A stretch of 64,000 nt of DNA from Bacteroidales bacterium (lineage in GTDB: Bacteria; Bacteroidota; Bacteroidia; Bacteroidales; F082): contig JAFZKP010000013.1 of assembly GCA_017553625.1 (NCBI GenBank), positions 374 through 64,373 on the forward strand, read 5' to 3'. Position 1 is the first letter of the stretch; the number at the start of each line of letters is the position of its first letter. The notes beneath the pieces were generated by a model. That model saw only the letters and a list, made by a program, of their open reading frames with translations. It ran no database searches and was not told the DNA's origin. Below, piece after piece: positions 63,398-64,000 of this stretch. A program made the position numbers and the translations under genes.

Positions 63398-64000
63398 ATG
63401 GGAACAATCAAACAAGGAATCCTCGGAGGTTTCTCCGGTAAAGTAGGAACCGTCATCGGTTCTAGCTGGAAAGGCATCAGCTACATGCGTGGACAGGCTC
63501 AGCATGTTAAAAATCCTCGCTCATCTGGCCAAGTCAATCAGCGCAGCAAATTCAATCTCGTGTTGAACTTTCTGCAGCCTAACGTCCCTTACATCCGCAT
63601 CGGATATAAGAGTCTGGCTGCCAAGCAGACTGAATTCAACGCTGCAATGTCGTATCTCCTGAAGAATGCCATCACCGGCAGCTCTCCAGACTACGCTTTG
63701 GATTACACCAAAGTGTTGGTCTCTCAGGGTGGTCTCACTCAGGTTACCGATGCTGCAGCATCTTGGGCTGCTGCTACAAGCAAACTCACCGTCACTTGGA
63801 CAGACAACAGTGGCGTAGGCTCAGCCCTTGCTACAGACAAGGCAATGCCTTTTGTCTATAACAAGGACAAAAACGAAACCATCTACAACACCGAAGGCGC
63901 AACACGTACAACCCACACAATGGACATCACTGTCCCAAGCGACTGGGTGGGCGACAAGGTTGAGGTTTACCTCGGCATGGTTTCAGAAGATGGTGCTCTC
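63398..64000 (+). CDS. DUF6266-like protein, C-terminus cut by window edge
   Basis: ATG at 63398 and open to the window end (201 codons). 'MGTIKQGILGGFSGKVGTVIGSSWKGISYMRG' matches what I recall of the DUF6266 N-terminus. It is not in the ORF track because it has no stop. Confidence 0.7.
   Translation, partial: MGTIKQGILGGFSGKVGTVIGSSWKGISYMRGQAQHVKNPRSSGQVNQRSKFNLVLNFLQPNVPYIRIGYKSLAAKQTEFNAAMSYLLKNAITGSSPDYALDYTKVLVSQGGLTQVTDAAASWAAATSKLTVTWTDNSGVGSALATDKAMPFVYNKDKNETIYNTEGATRTTHTMDITVPSDWVGDKVEVYLGMVSEDGAL

Noticed and set aside
1-64000. CRISPR arrays, rRNA and tRNA genes
   Set aside because: I saw no regularly spaced direct repeats with unique spacers. I found no tRNA-like T-arm/acceptor signatures; the 'ggttcgag' at 36.57 kb is a terminator stem. 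There is no rRNA-like sequence.

Overview
Identifications rest on motifs I recognise by eye; no database search or numerical computation was run. The window looks like a Bacteroidales (Bacteroidota) chromosome segment: many genes are preceded by TAnnTTTG -7 promoter boxes, two proteins carry T9SS C-terminal sorting domains, and mutAB and a gingipain-like C25 peptidase are present.

Layout:
- 1-29.7 kb: conserved housekeeping backbone. It holds a partial giant surface protein, mutA/mutB, RNase HI, tcdA, tatD, gpmA, recG, lysS, a C25 peptidase, holB, lnt, dus, a 5'-nucleotidase, a GT9 and an MBL hydrolase. Short GC-rich palindromic repeats are scattered through it, and one sits in-frame inside the RNase H gene.
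- About 29.8-60.9 kb: a genomic island headed by a tyrosine integrase.
  - 29.98-36.5 kb is a replication/HTH module. It includes a PriCT-2/DUF3987 primase-helicase-like gene broken by two in-frame TAG codons and carrying an iteron-like repeat cluster.
  - The rest is visibly AT-rich cargo in several separately promoted units: a Sel1-repeat protein, a metallophosphoesterase, a three-gene cassette (39.1-46.5 kb), a five-gene glycan-modification operon (46.8-50.8 kb), and a nine-gene envelope operon (52.1-60.7 kb).
- 61.0-62.6 kb: GC-rich, repeat-laden sequence that does not look coding.
- 62.6-64.0 kb: two tandem paralogous genes, each preceded by the same conserved leader module.

Best candidates for an undescribed system:
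- The 39.1-46.5 kb cassette. It encodes a receiver-like protein, a 1597-aa cytoplasmic protein (LRR, histidine-kinase-like ATPase, degenerate receiver) and a translationally coupled small protein.
- The 52.1-60.7 kb envelope operon. It includes a class-A PBP fused to a roughly ten-segment membrane domain, a transglutaminase-like protein, a possible vWA-like lipoprotein, a coiled-coil membrane protein and a possible SecB-like protein.

No rRNA, tRNA or CRISPR array was seen.
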